DNA of 64,000 bases from an uncultured Gemmatimonadales bacterium (lineage in GTDB: Bacteria > Gemmatimonadota > Gemmatimonadetes > Longimicrobiales > RSA9). Positions 11,393 to 20,960 of the stretch are shown one piece after another; positions within the stretch are counted from its first letter, which is position 1, and every line of letters begins with the position of its first letter. The translations under genes and the position numbers were made by a program. The notes below the pieces were generated by a model. It had not been told where the DNA came from. It did not search any database and was given only the letters and a program-made list of their open reading frames with translations. Where the stretch lies: positions 480,001-544,000 of the forward strand of contig CAWCRS010000007.1 in assembly GCA_963798085.1 (NCBI GenBank). Reading direction: 5' to 3'.

Positions 11393-11525
11393 AAATGATT
11401 CGTTTGCGTGGGAGCGCCAAAACCCGGGGCTGCGGCAGTGGCCTGCCTCAGGGGGCCTGGTTAGATTCACGGGATGACGGCCGCACCCCTGAAACCTCCG
11501 CCCCCAGGGCGCCCGTAGGACAGGC

Positions 11526-12254
11526 ATGGCATCCGGCAGAAAGACTTCTCCCGCGCGCAGCCGCGCCCGGCAAACGGAACGGCTGAATGACGAAACGAAG
11601 CGCAAGCTTCGCTTCGTGGCGGGCTTCTCGCTGTACTTCATCGTGCTCTGGCTGCTCTGGGACACGCCGGTGGTCTATCCGCTGAAGGTGTTCGTGGTGC
11701 TGCTGCACGAGATCAGCCACGGCATTGCGGCCATAGCCACGGGCGGCGCCATCCGCGGTATCGAGATCACCTGGGACGAAGGCGGCGCCTGCCTGTGCCC
11801 GGGCGGCAATGCCTTCGTCACGCTATCAGCAGGTTATCTGGGCAGCGTGGCGTGGGGCGCGCTGCTGCTGCTCATCGCACTGGGCAAGCCCCGGCGCCAC
11901 CGCGTGACGCTTGTCGCGATTGGCGCGCTCATCGGCGTTGTCACGCTGCTGTATATTCACAAGCCGTTCGGTCTGTTCTTCGGGCTGGCCGCGGGCCTGT
12001 CGCTGATCGGCGCGGCCCGCCGCCTCTCGCCGGTGGTGCAGAAGGGCACACTCACCGTGCTGGGGCTGACCAGCTGCCTGTACGCCATCCTCGACATCAA
12101 GAGCGACATCCTCGAACGTTCCGCCGCGCACTCCGACGCGTACATGCTTTCCGAGCTGACGGGCGTGCCCACGCTGGTCTGGGGCTTCCTCTGGATCGGC
12201 ATCGCCCTGCTGGTCAGCGCACTGCTGCTGCGCCGCATCTGGCGCAAAGCCTGA
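11526..12254 (+). CDS. M50 family (M50B-like) intramembrane metallopeptidase
   Basis: LLHEISHGIAAIATGG, AGYLGS and C-terminal SDA..L..LTG, with multiple TM helices. Confidence 0.85.
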   Translation: MASGRKTSPARSRARQTERLNDETKRKLRFVAGFSLYFIVLWLLWDTPVVYPLKVFVVLLHEISHGIAAIATGGAIRGIEITWDEGGACLCPGGNAFVTLSAGYLGSVAWGALLLLIALGKPRRHRVTLVAIGALIGVVTLLYIHKPFGLFFGLAAGLSLIGAARRLSPVVQKGTLTVLGLTSCLYAILDIKSDILERSAAHSDAYMLSELTGVPTLVWGFLWIGIALLVSALLLRRIWRKA

Positions 12255-12336
12255 GCCCGCGCCCGACCAGGTTGTCCGCTTGCGTCCGACCGCGCCGGTC
12301 GCGGTACATTGCGCCCATGTATCCTGAGCCGTGCGG

Positions 12337-13314
12337 ATGAGACCAGCCGTTCCTGTGCGCCGTGCCGCCGCCGTCGCCGCGCTGCTGCTCACCTGCGCCG
12401 CAGCCGGGGCGAGTGGCCAGGTGCAACTGCAGGGACGCGTGGTGGAGCGGGGCACCACCGCCGGGCTTGGCGGAGTCAGCATCGAGGTCAGCGGAGCGGG
12501 TCGTGCGCTCACGGACTCTAACGGTGGGTTTCACTTCAACGGGCTCGCGGCCGGCCGCTACACGCTGAACGTGCAGGGCCTCGGCTACCGGCCCGTCGAC
12601 CTGGCCGTGGTGCTGCGCGCGGACACGTCGATCGTGATCGAGCTGGTCCCTGCGCCTGTCGCCCTGGATACCATCACGGCGCAGGCGAGGGTCATGTCCA
12701 TCCGCGGACACGTGGAGGACGGCGCGACCGGTCGCGAGATCATTGATGCGGAAGTCGTGGCGGGCGAACGGCGGGCTTCGACCAATGTGGCCGGCGATTT
12801 CCGGCTGAACGGCCTGCCACAGGGACAGCCGGCCAGGCTCTCGGTGCGCGCGTTCGGCTACGCTCCGGTCGACACGGTGATCCCTGCCGATACGCCGGAG
12901 CGCCTGCGTTTCCGGCTGCGGCCGGATCCCATTGCGCTGCAGATGATCGCGGCGCAGGTCGATCGCCTGGATCAGCGAACACTGCGTTCGCCATTCGGTC
13001 GCGAGGTGATCGGGCGGGACGAGCTGCTGCTGAAGATGCACTCGTCGACAGCCTACGATGTGCTCATCGATCACCTCGGTACCTTCCGCCTGCGCCGTAT
13101 TGTGTGCGTGCTGATCGACGACCGCGAGCGGCCGTACGGCGTGGATGAGCTGAAGAGCTACCTGCCGGATCAGATCGAGCGCATGGAGTGGCTGACAAGG
13201 CACCCCGATCGCTCGATCATGCTCCGCATCTACACGCGCGGCTACCTGCAGGACCTGGTGGCCGGCGGTGCGAAACTGACACCGCTGATATTCGTCGAGC
13301 GCATGTGTCGGTGA
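12337..13314 (+). CDS. Secreted protein with two carboxypeptidase-regulatory-like (CarboxypepD_reg) domains and a degenerate plug-like C-terminus
   Basis: Signal peptide. The pattern GRVVE..T..G..GV.I..TDSNGGF.F..L.AG.YTL.V..LGY is repeated twice. Confidence 0.7.
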   Translation: MRPAVPVRRAAAVAALLLTCAAAGASGQVQLQGRVVERGTTAGLGGVSIEVSGAGRALTDSNGGFHFNGLAAGRYTLNVQGLGYRPVDLAVVLRADTSIVIELVPAPVALDTITAQARVMSIRGHVEDGATGREIIDAEVVAGERRASTNVAGDFRLNGLPQGQPARLSVRAFGYAPVDTVIPADTPERLRFRLRPDPIALQMIAAQVDRLDQRTLRSPFGREVIGRDELLLKMHSSTAYDVLIDHLGTFRLRRIVCVLIDDRERPYGVDELKSYLPDQIERMEWLTRHPDRSIMLRIYTRGYLQDLVAGGAKLTPLIFVERMCR

Positions 13315-13490
13315 GCGCCGCGGTCGTCCGTCGCCTTCCGCGAACGCGCGCGGGCTGGTAGCATTGGCAGGTCCGGGCAACGCCCGGCGGCACAAATGCG
13401 TCAGATGTCACGTGCGCAATTCGCGCGTGGCAACCCCCGTTCCGTACGGAATCGTGGCCGCGGCGAGGCTCACGTTCCCGAGGAGGACGC

Positions 13491-14243
13491 ATGCAGTTTA
13501 CGTGGCGCTCTCTTGGCGCACTGGTGTTGCTGCTCAGTCCGTGCGCCGCCAGTGGCCAGCGCATTGCCGGCTTTGTCAGGGACGCGGCAACAGGCGAAAT
13601 CATTGCGTCCGCGCTGGTCCAGCTGGTAAAGGCGGACAGCACGGTGGCCGCCACGACGTTCACCGACGTGGGCGGCAGCTTCAGCTTCCCCATCGCTGAT
13701 GCACCCGCGGGTGGCTACATCTACGCGGGTCGGCTCGGCTATCGCACGCTGCGCGTGACGTTCCGCGAGCTGCCGCTGGACCTCACCCACCTCACGCTCG
13801 ACCTGGAGCGCGATCCCGTACAGCTCGCGCCCATCGCAGCGACTGTACCGCGCAGCCGCGAGCTCGAGCAGAACGGCTTCTACAACCGGCGCAAGCTCGG
13901 CTTCGGCAAGTTCATCACGCGCGACATGCTGGAGCAGCAGCTGCAGACCGCGACGCGTGTGGATGAAGTATTGCGCACGGTGCCCGGCATTCTGCGCGTC
14001 GATGCGGTGGACAACGACGCCGTCGTCTACGTGCAGGGCTCGGCGAATTTCAACGGTCCCTGTCCCGCGCTCATTTACCTCGACGGCCACAACGAGGGCA
14101 AGGTGCTGCCCCGCATGTCGCCCACTGATGTGGAAGCGATCGAGGTGTATCGCGGGGCGGCTGAGGTGCCCGCGCAGTATGGCGGCGCGAATTCCGCGTG
14201 CGGTGTGATCCTGATCTGGACCCGCACGGGTGCAGGAGGGTGA
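13491..14243 (+). CDS. Secreted CarboxypepD_reg + TonB-plug-like domain protein (no barrel)
   Basis: GGAGG RBS, signal peptide, GFYNRRKLGFGKFITR, VLRTVPGI, CPALIYLDG..IEVYRG..CGVILIWTR. Confidence 0.75.
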   Translation: MQFTWRSLGALVLLLSPCAASGQRIAGFVRDAATGEIIASALVQLVKADSTVAATTFTDVGGSFSFPIADAPAGGYIYAGRLGYRTLRVTFRELPLDLTHLTLDLERDPVQLAPIAATVPRSRELEQNGFYNRRKLGFGKFITRDMLEQQLQTATRVDEVLRTVPGILRVDAVDNDAVVYVQGSANFNGPCPALIYLDGHNEGKVLPRMSPTDVEAIEVYRGAAEVPAQYGGANSACGVILIWTRTGAGG

Positions 14244-14247
14244 GCCG

Positions 14248-14712
14248 ATGCCACGCGTGAGGTCAGCTCTGGTGCTCGGCCTGCTGCTGCTGGCCGGCTG
14301 CGCTTCGCCCGGGCCACTCCAGCTCGACGGCGTGAAGCCGGGCGAACGCGTGCGCGCCACCCCGCGCACGGGCTCATCCGACAGCGTGATCGACGCCACA
14401 CTGCGACGCCAGGTCGAGGGGTCACTCGAAATCACCCGCGCCGCGGATCCGACGATCTACCGCATTCCCATCCTCGACCTGGAACGCCTCGAGGTCGTGC
14501 GCGGCCGCTCCCGACCGCGTGGCGCGCTCACCACCGCCAGCCTGACCGCGCTGGGTGGCTTGCTCGCCGGCATGGTCTGCCGCAGCGCCTGCGCCGAATC
14601 CCGCGGCCGCACCTGGGCGCCCCTCACCGGCTTCGCCCTCGGCGCTTCCGTTGGCGCCGTCACCGGTGCGATCCTCGCCCCCGCCCGCTGGGTGGAAGTA
14701 CGAATACACTGA
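14248..14712 (+). CDS. Putative lipoprotein with C-terminal glycine-rich hydrophobic helices
   Basis: Lipobox LLAG/C. Starts 4 nt after the upstream stop. Confidence 0.65.
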   Translation: MPRVRSALVLGLLLLAGCASPGPLQLDGVKPGERVRATPRTGSSDSVIDATLRRQVEGSLEITRAADPTIYRIPILDLERLEVVRGRSRPRGALTTASLTALGGLLAGMVCRSACAESRGRTWAPLTGFALGASVGAVTGAILAPARWVEVRIH

Positions 14713-14745
14713 GACAACACCAGCCCGTTAACGGGATGTTAATGC

Positions 14746-14980
14746 GTTGCTGGGGCTGGTTGCTGGGGCTGGTTGCCCGGGAACAGATGAACGGATGTGC
14801 AACGAGCGAATGAACGCGCCCGTGACGAGTCAGACCGAGTCGTCCGTACCGCCGTTCCCCAGCAACCAGTTCCACGAACGCTGTCCGTCCGTTCTGCCGT
14901 TCCCCATCAACCAGCCCCAGCAGCGCTGTCAGTCGGTTCGGCCGTTCCCCAGCAACCAGCCCGAGCAACTTTGTCAGTGC
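14746..14980. repeat. Family B repeat cluster: three 45-bp tandem units plus an inverted partner
   Basis: GCCGTTCCCCA(G/T)CAACCAG starts at 14851, 14896 and 14941. The complementary GTTGCTGGGGCTGGTTGCTGGGG lies at 14746-14768. Confidence 0.8.
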
Positions 14981-14983
14981 TTG

Positions 14984-15505
14984 CTATCTCCCGGGAAGCC
15001 TCCGATAGGTATACGACTCCGCGCCGTCCGCGACGCGCGCGCCGCCGTCCACGCGGATGTCGATGGAGCCGTCATCCTTGCGCGTGTAGAGCAGACGCTT
15101 GGGGAAGTCGTGTTCGGGGTTCTCGAAAATCGCGGTGTGCCCGTCCCAGCTGGTGAGGCGGAAATCGGTGGGCGGCTGCCCCATGGGCTGGGCCACGTAG
15201 AAGATGCCCGCAGGCCGCGTCTCGATGCGCAGGAACTCGAATGCCACCATGCGGCCGTTGGCCAAGGTGCGGCCCATTCCCAACATGGCGTTAGAGGCAG
15301 GCTCGGTCCAGTATTCCTCGACATTGCGCCCCTTGACCACGGCGCCCCAGCCGCCGGTGATCCAGCGCAGGTCCTCCATGGCGGGCTGTTTCAGCTGCGC
15401 CGCGCCGGGCGTGGCCAGGATGCAGGCGACGATGCCCGGTCCGGCCACCGTCCGCACCCACGTACGCCAGGAGTACCGCAGCAGCAGGCTGGACCGGCGC
15501 TTCAT
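14984..15505 (-). CDS. DUF6265-like secreted protein
   Basis: LRWITGGW..EEYW..MLGMGRT..FEFLRI..FENPEHDFPKRLLY. Confidence 0.7.
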   Translation of the reverse strand: MKRRSSLLLRYSWRTWVRTVAGPGIVACILATPGAAQLKQPAMEDLRWITGGWGAVVKGRNVEEYWTEPASNAMLGMGRTLANGRMVAFEFLRIETRPAGIFYVAQPMGQPPTDFRLTSWDGHTAIFENPEHDFPKRLLYTRKDDGSIDIRVDGGARVADGAESYTYRRLPGR

Positions 15506-15570
15506 GGCCACCTCGTATCGGCTGGGAGGACAGGCGACGCCGGGCGCGGCGCCGTCTCGCGCAATGATAG

Positions 15571-16419
15571 TCAGGCGAGGCCGAATGTATAGGATGAATG
15601 CGCCGGGCGCCCGGCGCGCGTGAACAGGTGGGTGAACGGAATGTCGCGCGCAAACAGGCAGCCAGGCGGTTCACCGGCAAACGCGCGAAAGTCGCGGATG
15701 AGGTGCGACTGGTCGTAATAGCCGCAGCGCACGGCCACGCGCGCCCAGGCGGGATCGCCCCGGTCCACCGCGCGGAACACACCCTGAAAGCGTTGCAGCC
15801 GCGCGAACAGCTTGGGGCTCAGCCCGACTTCGGCGCGGAAGCGGCGCTCGAAGGCGCGCGTGCTCAGACCCAGCAGGTCGCCCAGCGCATCGATACGCAC
15901 GGCACCCGCCGCGCGCACCATCGCATCCACCGCCGCGCGCATTGCCTCATCAGGCGGGGTCGCGCGTCTGCGTACATGGCGCAGCAGCGCATCCTGCACG
16001 AAACCCCGGCGTGACGCCGGCGACAGTGCGTGCTGCGTCGTCGCCTGCAACTCCGTTTCCAGACGCGGCAGCAATGCACCCAGTGCCTGCATGCCGCCGG
16101 TCAGCTCGCTCACGGGCAGGCCCAGCAGTGCCCGGCCGCCATGCGGGCGGAAGCGCACGCCTGCCAGATCGATGCGGCGGCCGGGCTGGATCACGACGGG
16201 CTGCGTCATCTGGCCCACGAGCATGATGCGCGGCTGCCACTCGCACCCTCCGGTCGCATGCTCCCGGCGCACGGGATCGCCGGCATTCACCACCAGCTCC
16301 ATGCAGCCATCGGGCAGAATGCGTTCACTCCGGGCCGCGCCGGCCTGTGCCCTGAGCGTCCAGATGCACTCGAGATACGGCTGCAGCGCGGGCGCCGGCT
16401 GCTGCTCGCGATACTGCAT
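15571..16419 (-). CDS. AraC family transcriptional regulator (DUF6597-like N-terminus)
   Basis: ERILPDGCMELV and LSTRAFERRF..VGLSPK..RLQRF..CGYYDQSHLIRDFRAFAG. Confidence 0.92.
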   Translation of the reverse strand: MQYREQQPAPALQPYLECIWTLRAQAGAARSERILPDGCMELVVNAGDPVRREHATGGCEWQPRIMLVGQMTQPVVIQPGRRIDLAGVRFRPHGGRALLGLPVSELTGGMQALGALLPRLETELQATTQHALSPASRRGFVQDALLRHVRRRATPPDEAMRAAVDAMVRAAGAVRIDALGDLLGLSTRAFERRFRAEVGLSPKLFARLQRFQGVFRAVDRGDPAWARVAVRCGYYDQSHLIRDFRAFAGEPPGCLFARDIPFTHLFTRAGRPAHSSYTFGLA

Positions 16420-17367
16420 CAGGGCTCGCCCACCGCGAAGGTGCCGCGAACAGCGGTGTCAGCAGGCACCCGCCCGCTGCGCACCCGCCGCGCGCCCGTG
16501 CCGCGGGACAGCGTGATGAGCGCGACACCGGCGAGGATCACCGCCGCCGCCAGACCGATGCGCGCCGTGAGCACCTCGCCGCCCAGCAGCCAGCCCAGCA
16601 GCACGGCCACCACGGGATTGACGTACGCGTAGGTCGCGACGCGCGCAGGCGAGGTCACGCGCAGCAGCCAGATGTAGGCGGAGTAGCCAATGATCGCGCC
16701 GAAGAACACGAGATAGAAGAACGATACCACCGATTTCGCCGACACCCCGCCGGGGTGCACCTGCACCATCTCGCCGGTGAGCCCGGCGAGCAGCAGCAGA
16801 GCGCCGCCGCCACAGAGCATCTGCATGCCGGTGCCCAGCATGGCACTGCGCGGCAGGCTGGCGTGCCGCGAGTAGATCGAGCCGACGGACCAGCTGACGG
16901 AACCGAGCATGAGCGCGAGCGCGCCCAGCGGATCCACGCGACCGCCGCCCATGAGCTGATCGGGCCCCACGAGCAGCGCGATGCCGCCCATGCCGAGGGC
17001 GAGTCCGGCGACGACGAGCGCGCGCGGCCGCTCGCCCCGCGGCCGCAGCCAGTCGAGCAGAACCATCCAACAGGGTGTTATCGCGACCATCAGCGCGGCC
17101 ACGCCGGTGGGCAGCCGCTGCACCGACCAGGTGACCGCGCCATTTCCGCCCATGAGCATGAGCACGCCGATCACCGCGGCCGAACGCCAGTGTTCGCGAT
17201 CCGGCCAGGCAGCGCCACGCAACCGCGCCCACGCCACGATGAGCGAACCCGCCAGCACGAAGCGCAGGCCCGCCATCACGAACGGCGGCACGCTCTCGAT
17301 CGCGAAATGGATCGCGATGTAGGTGGAACCCCGAGATGACGTAGACCGCGGCGAACGCCGCGATCAT
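16419..17367 (-). CDS. EamA/DMT transporter (YedA-like), frameshifted near its 5' end; true start uncertain
   Basis: PPFVMAGLRF and TYAYVNPVVAVLLG. Removing one base at ~17333 restores AVYVIWGSTYIAI. Confidence 0.85.
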
Positions 17368-17531
17368 CCGGCTCAGCGACGCCTGCCCGCCGCCCGATTG
17401 CGCTGCCAGTCGACCACCTCCGCCGCACCGCTCGCGTGCCACACGCGGACGGTGGCGCCGCACGAATGGGGATTCACGATGCGCGCCCGCCGCGCCCGCC
17501 GCGCCCGCCCGGGACACCCGCGCGCACGATG

Positions 17532-20500
17532 CTAACGCACGCCGGGTCGCGGTTCAATCCGGGTGTTGACGGGCAGAGGTGAAACAGGGACCGGCTGCTG
17601 CTGGCCGCCGCCACGGCGGGTCCAGATCAGGACCACGCCACACGGGTTCTTGTACTGAATCGGCGTGTTCGCTCCCATGTAGATCTCCACGCCTTCGATC
17701 TGCGTCGGATCGACCATGTTGTAGTCGCTCAATCGCGCTGTGTAGACCCCGCCGGGATGATCCTGCAGCAGCGCGCCATCCAGGTAGATGTCCGGCACGC
17801 AGCCATAGACGGCGTTGCGATCGCCACGCATCTCCGGATCCGGCCAGCGCCGGAAACGAATGACCCGCCGTCCCGCTTCCACGAACATCACGATCGAACC
17901 GGGCAGCTTCTGCACGAGGTCCGTGAAATACACCGGCGCCTGCCGCTCAATGTCCGCACGCGTGATGAACGTGCCGTTGAAGCCGGCATGCTCGCGCCGG
18001 TCGTAGAAACCGGAATCCATGAGCTTGCCGGAACGAACTTCGACCGTGATCGCGGGCAGGGGGACGGCGCGCGTGGCCAGTGGCAGCGTGGCGTCGACAA
18101 TGCCGCCCGGCTCGAGCGCAATCGAGTCGCGGCGCGTCCGGTACGTCATGTTGTCGGCGACCATCTCGTAAACGCCCGGCGGAATGTTCTCCAGCCGGAA
18201 TCGGCCATCCGCGCCGCTCATGGCCGAGACGTCCGTGCCGCTCAGCGTCACCCGCACCGAGCCAATGCCGCGACCCGTGGCGTTATCCAGTACACGTCCG
18301 AAGATGCGCGCCGGCGCGCCCACACTCTCGCTCCTGCCGCCGCCCGAGCCGCGCGCTGACGCACTGTTGCTGTCATTGACGATGGAGCGCGGCTGCACCG
18401 TGGCGACCAGAGTGGCGCGACGCACACTGTCCAATGCCGGCATCGCCAGCGGCAGTGGCGGGTGCGACGGGATGGCGAGCAGTACATCCACGGACTCACG
18501 GCGTGCGATTTCGACCTGCAACGTGTCCGGACGCCAGCCGAGCTCATTCAGTCTGGGATGGCGGAAGGATACCGCATACCAGCCCGGCGCCAGGTTCGCG
18601 AAACGGAAATGCCCGTCCGCATCCGTCTGCACCCGGCGGTCCTCGCCCGCCAGATAGACCTGCGCACCGGCCAACGGCGCCTTGTTCGTGCTGTCGAAGA
18701 CCATGCCGGTCAGCACTGATGCGGTTTCCAGCGCGATGGGCAGCGACGATGCCAGCTGCAGCTGCAGATCCAGCGTCGACCAGGCTTTCAGCTCGATGGC
18801 TTCCTGCCAGAGCGATGCGCCCGGGTACTCCGCACGCACCTGGTAGTGGCCCGGCAGCAGGCGGGCCACACTGAATTCACCTGCCGCATCTGATATTACG
18901 CTGTTAGAGCCGGGCTCAATGTCGACGCGTACGCCGCCCAGCGGCTGCCCGGTCGCCAGGTCCACCGTGTTGCCGCGAACGCCGCCGTAGACCTCGTAAT
19001 CGACGGCGCGCCGGTCCAGCCAGTTCCACAGCAGCAGCGTGCCGCAGGTCGAATCGGCGGGCAGCGGGCTGGCGCCACGCTCGTAAAGCTCGAGACCATC
19101 GAGTCGCGAGATCTCCAGCAGGTCATCCAGGCGCAGGGCGCGCATCCCCGCCGGGTGCGCGTCCGTGCTGGCGCTCACCTTGCCCGGCCGCACCAGCGCG
19201 CCGTTGTACACAATGCCCACCGGGCAGCCCACCGCAATCGCGGAATCGGGCGGCGCCAGCGTCAGCACATCGCCATAATTCGCCAGATGCTGGATGCGAA
19301 CGCGCGGGGAACGTCGCAACAGATCAGACAGCCGGCGCGCGCCCGTCGCGGGAATGTCATCGCGTGTGAACTGCAGCAGCGCCTTGTGCTCGCTGTAACG
19401 CTGCGGGAATCCTTTCGAGCGCAGCCAGACCGAGAGGGGATCGGAAGCACCGAGGGCCTTCTTCGTTTCCCGCGCAGGCACAATCGCGCGCACGGTGTCG
19501 TCATTCGTTTCGCCGCTCAGCACCACGCGGGGCGGCCTCGCCGGAACGGCCAGCGCGATCTCCGTGACCAGCCCGCTGGAAAGCGTCACCGGCTCGGGCA
19601 GCGGCGACCAGTGGTACGCACTCAGGCGGGGATGGCGGAAGGCCACGCTGTAGCTCTTCGCCGGCAGATCCGTAATACGGAAGCGGCCCTCCGCATCCGT
19701 GCGCGTGATGTAGCTGGTGCCGTCGAGATAAACTTCCGCGTCCACGAGCGGCGCACCCGCAGCACTGTCATAGACCATGCCCGCGAGTACCGCTCCCTGC
19801 ACTGTGCCCAGCACCTTGCCATCGCGGCCGAACACGCTCGTTACTTCGCCGCCTTCCGCATGGATGCCGACGACCTGCTCCGTCTGCGTGCTCAGTTCCG
19901 CCGCCATGCGCGCGCCCCGCACCGACTGCTCGACCAGCTCCACGATGGGCGTACGAATCTCCCAGCTGTGCACCACGAACGAGCCGTCAGGAAGGTGCTC
20001 GAATTCGACATGACCGCCATACGCCCCCGCCGACAGCGCGGACGGCACGCGCGTGTAGCGGAACTCCAGCGAACGCAGCTCCGAGGTGCGCTGGTTCAGC
20101 CAGATGACGCCCGTGATGTCGCTCACGCGGCGCCGCGGCACTGGCTCGAACACGAGCCCGATCTGGCCTTCGTGATCGCTGTCCCGGCGCAGCGTGAAGC
20201 AGTGCGTGTCCAGGAAGGAGCCGGAGAGCAGCACGTCGCCATTCGGGCCGTAGAAGTAGTAACGGCTGTCGGACAGGGCGATGTATCCCTTCGACGCCAG
20301 TTCCTCGGCGGGATGGCTGATGAACGGCTCGCCTGACACGCGATAGAGGAACTGCGGATGCTCTTCCAGCACGCGCTGGCCGGCAGGATCGAGACGACGC
20401 TCGAAACGCGCCAGGTCGAAACGATAGCGCTGCTGCGCCCTCGCCTCCGCTTCCACCGCCAGCGCTTTCCTCGCCTCCTCCCAGACCCGCTGCGTGGCCG

Positions 20501-20912
20501 CGCCGCCACTGGTGCGCAGCGCACACGTCCGGGACGCGCTCACGTCCAGTTTCGCCAGCAGGACCGGCTCTGGAGCCAGCTCCAGCGTGACCACGCGCAT
20601 GGAGTCGCGGCTCAGGACTAACTCCGTGCTTGTGGCGGTGCGCCGGCCGATCATTTCGGCGAGCACGTGGTAGCGGCCGGCCGCACGCACGTCGATGGCG
20701 AAGGCGCCCTGCTCGTTGGTCAGCACGCCGATCACATTGCGACCTGCGCCATCGACCAGCACCACGTGCGCACCCAGCACGGGCAGGCCCGTGCCCGCCT
20801 CCAGCACGCGGCCGCGCAGCAGCTGCGCCTGCACGGGCAGGGCGAGCAGCCAGGGCAGCAACAGCACCGGCCACCGGCTGAAATGCGTTCCGACTGTCTG
20901 CAAGCCACGCAT
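17532..20912 (-). CDS. Large secreted protein: multiple CarboxypepD_reg domains and two plug-like domains
   Basis: Signal peptide and about five 'G.V.D..TG.P..GA.V.L..TD..G.F...L..G.Y' repeats. Ends in GCVPDIYLDG..VEIYMG..CGVVLIWTR. Confidence 0.8.
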   Translation of the reverse strand: MRGLQTVGTHFSRWPVLLLPWLLALPVQAQLLRGRVLEAGTGLPVLGAHVVLVDGAGRNVIGVLTNEQGAFAIDVRAAGRYHVLAEMIGRRTATSTELVLSRDSMRVVTLELAPEPVLLAKLDVSASRTCALRTSGGAATQRVWEEARKALAVEAEARAQQRYRFDLARFERRLDPAGQRVLEEHPQFLYRVSGEPFISHPAEELASKGYIALSDSRYYFYGPNGDVLLSGSFLDTHCFTLRRDSDHEGQIGLVFEPVPRRRVSDITGVIWLNQRTSELRSLEFRYTRVPSALSAGAYGGHVEFEHLPDGSFVVHSWEIRTPIVELVEQSVRGARMAAELSTQTEQVVGIHAEGGEVTSVFGRDGKVLGTVQGAVLAGMVYDSAAGAPLVDAEVYLDGTSYITRTDAEGRFRITDLPAKSYSVAFRHPRLSAYHWSPLPEPVTLSSGLVTEIALAVPARPPRVVLSGETNDDTVRAIVPARETKKALGASDPLSVWLRSKGFPQRYSEHKALLQFTRDDIPATGARRLSDLLRRSPRVRIQHLANYGDVLTLAPPDSAIAVGCPVGIVYNGALVRPGKVSASTDAHPAGMRALRLDDLLEISRLDGLELYERGASPLPADSTCGTLLLWNWLDRRAVDYEVYGGVRGNTVDLATGQPLGGVRVDIEPGSNSVISDAAGEFSVARLLPGHYQVRAEYPGASLWQEAIELKAWSTLDLQLQLASSLPIALETASVLTGMVFDSTNKAPLAGAQVYLAGEDRRVQTDADGHFRFANLAPGWYAVSFRHPRLNELGWRPDTLQVEIARRESVDVLLAIPSHPPLPLAMPALDSVRRATLVATVQPRSIVNDSNSASARGSGGGRSESVGAPARIFGRVLDNATGRGIGSVRVTLSGTDVSAMSGADGRFRLENIPPGVYEMVADNMTYRTRRDSIALEPGGIVDATLPLATRAVPLPAITVEVRSGKLMDSGFYDRREHAGFNGTFITRADIERQAPVYFTDLVQKLPGSIVMFVEAGRRVIRFRRWPDPEMRGDRNAVYGCVPDIYLDGALLQDHPGGVYTARLSDYNMVDPTQIEGVEIYMGANTPIQYKNPCGVVLIWTRRGGGQQQPVPVSPLPVNTRIEPRPGVR

Positions 20913-20960
20913 GTGTGCCTCCGCCCCGGGGGTTGCGGGATGTGCGGGCGCCAGCGGGAT

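Noticed and set aside
14851..14980. Possible mini-CRISPR or coding repeat (ORFs 14747-15592, 14797-15156)
   Set aside because: The whole 45-bp units are similar, with no unique spacers. The overlapping ORFs are translations of the repeat and antisense to the DUF6265 gene.
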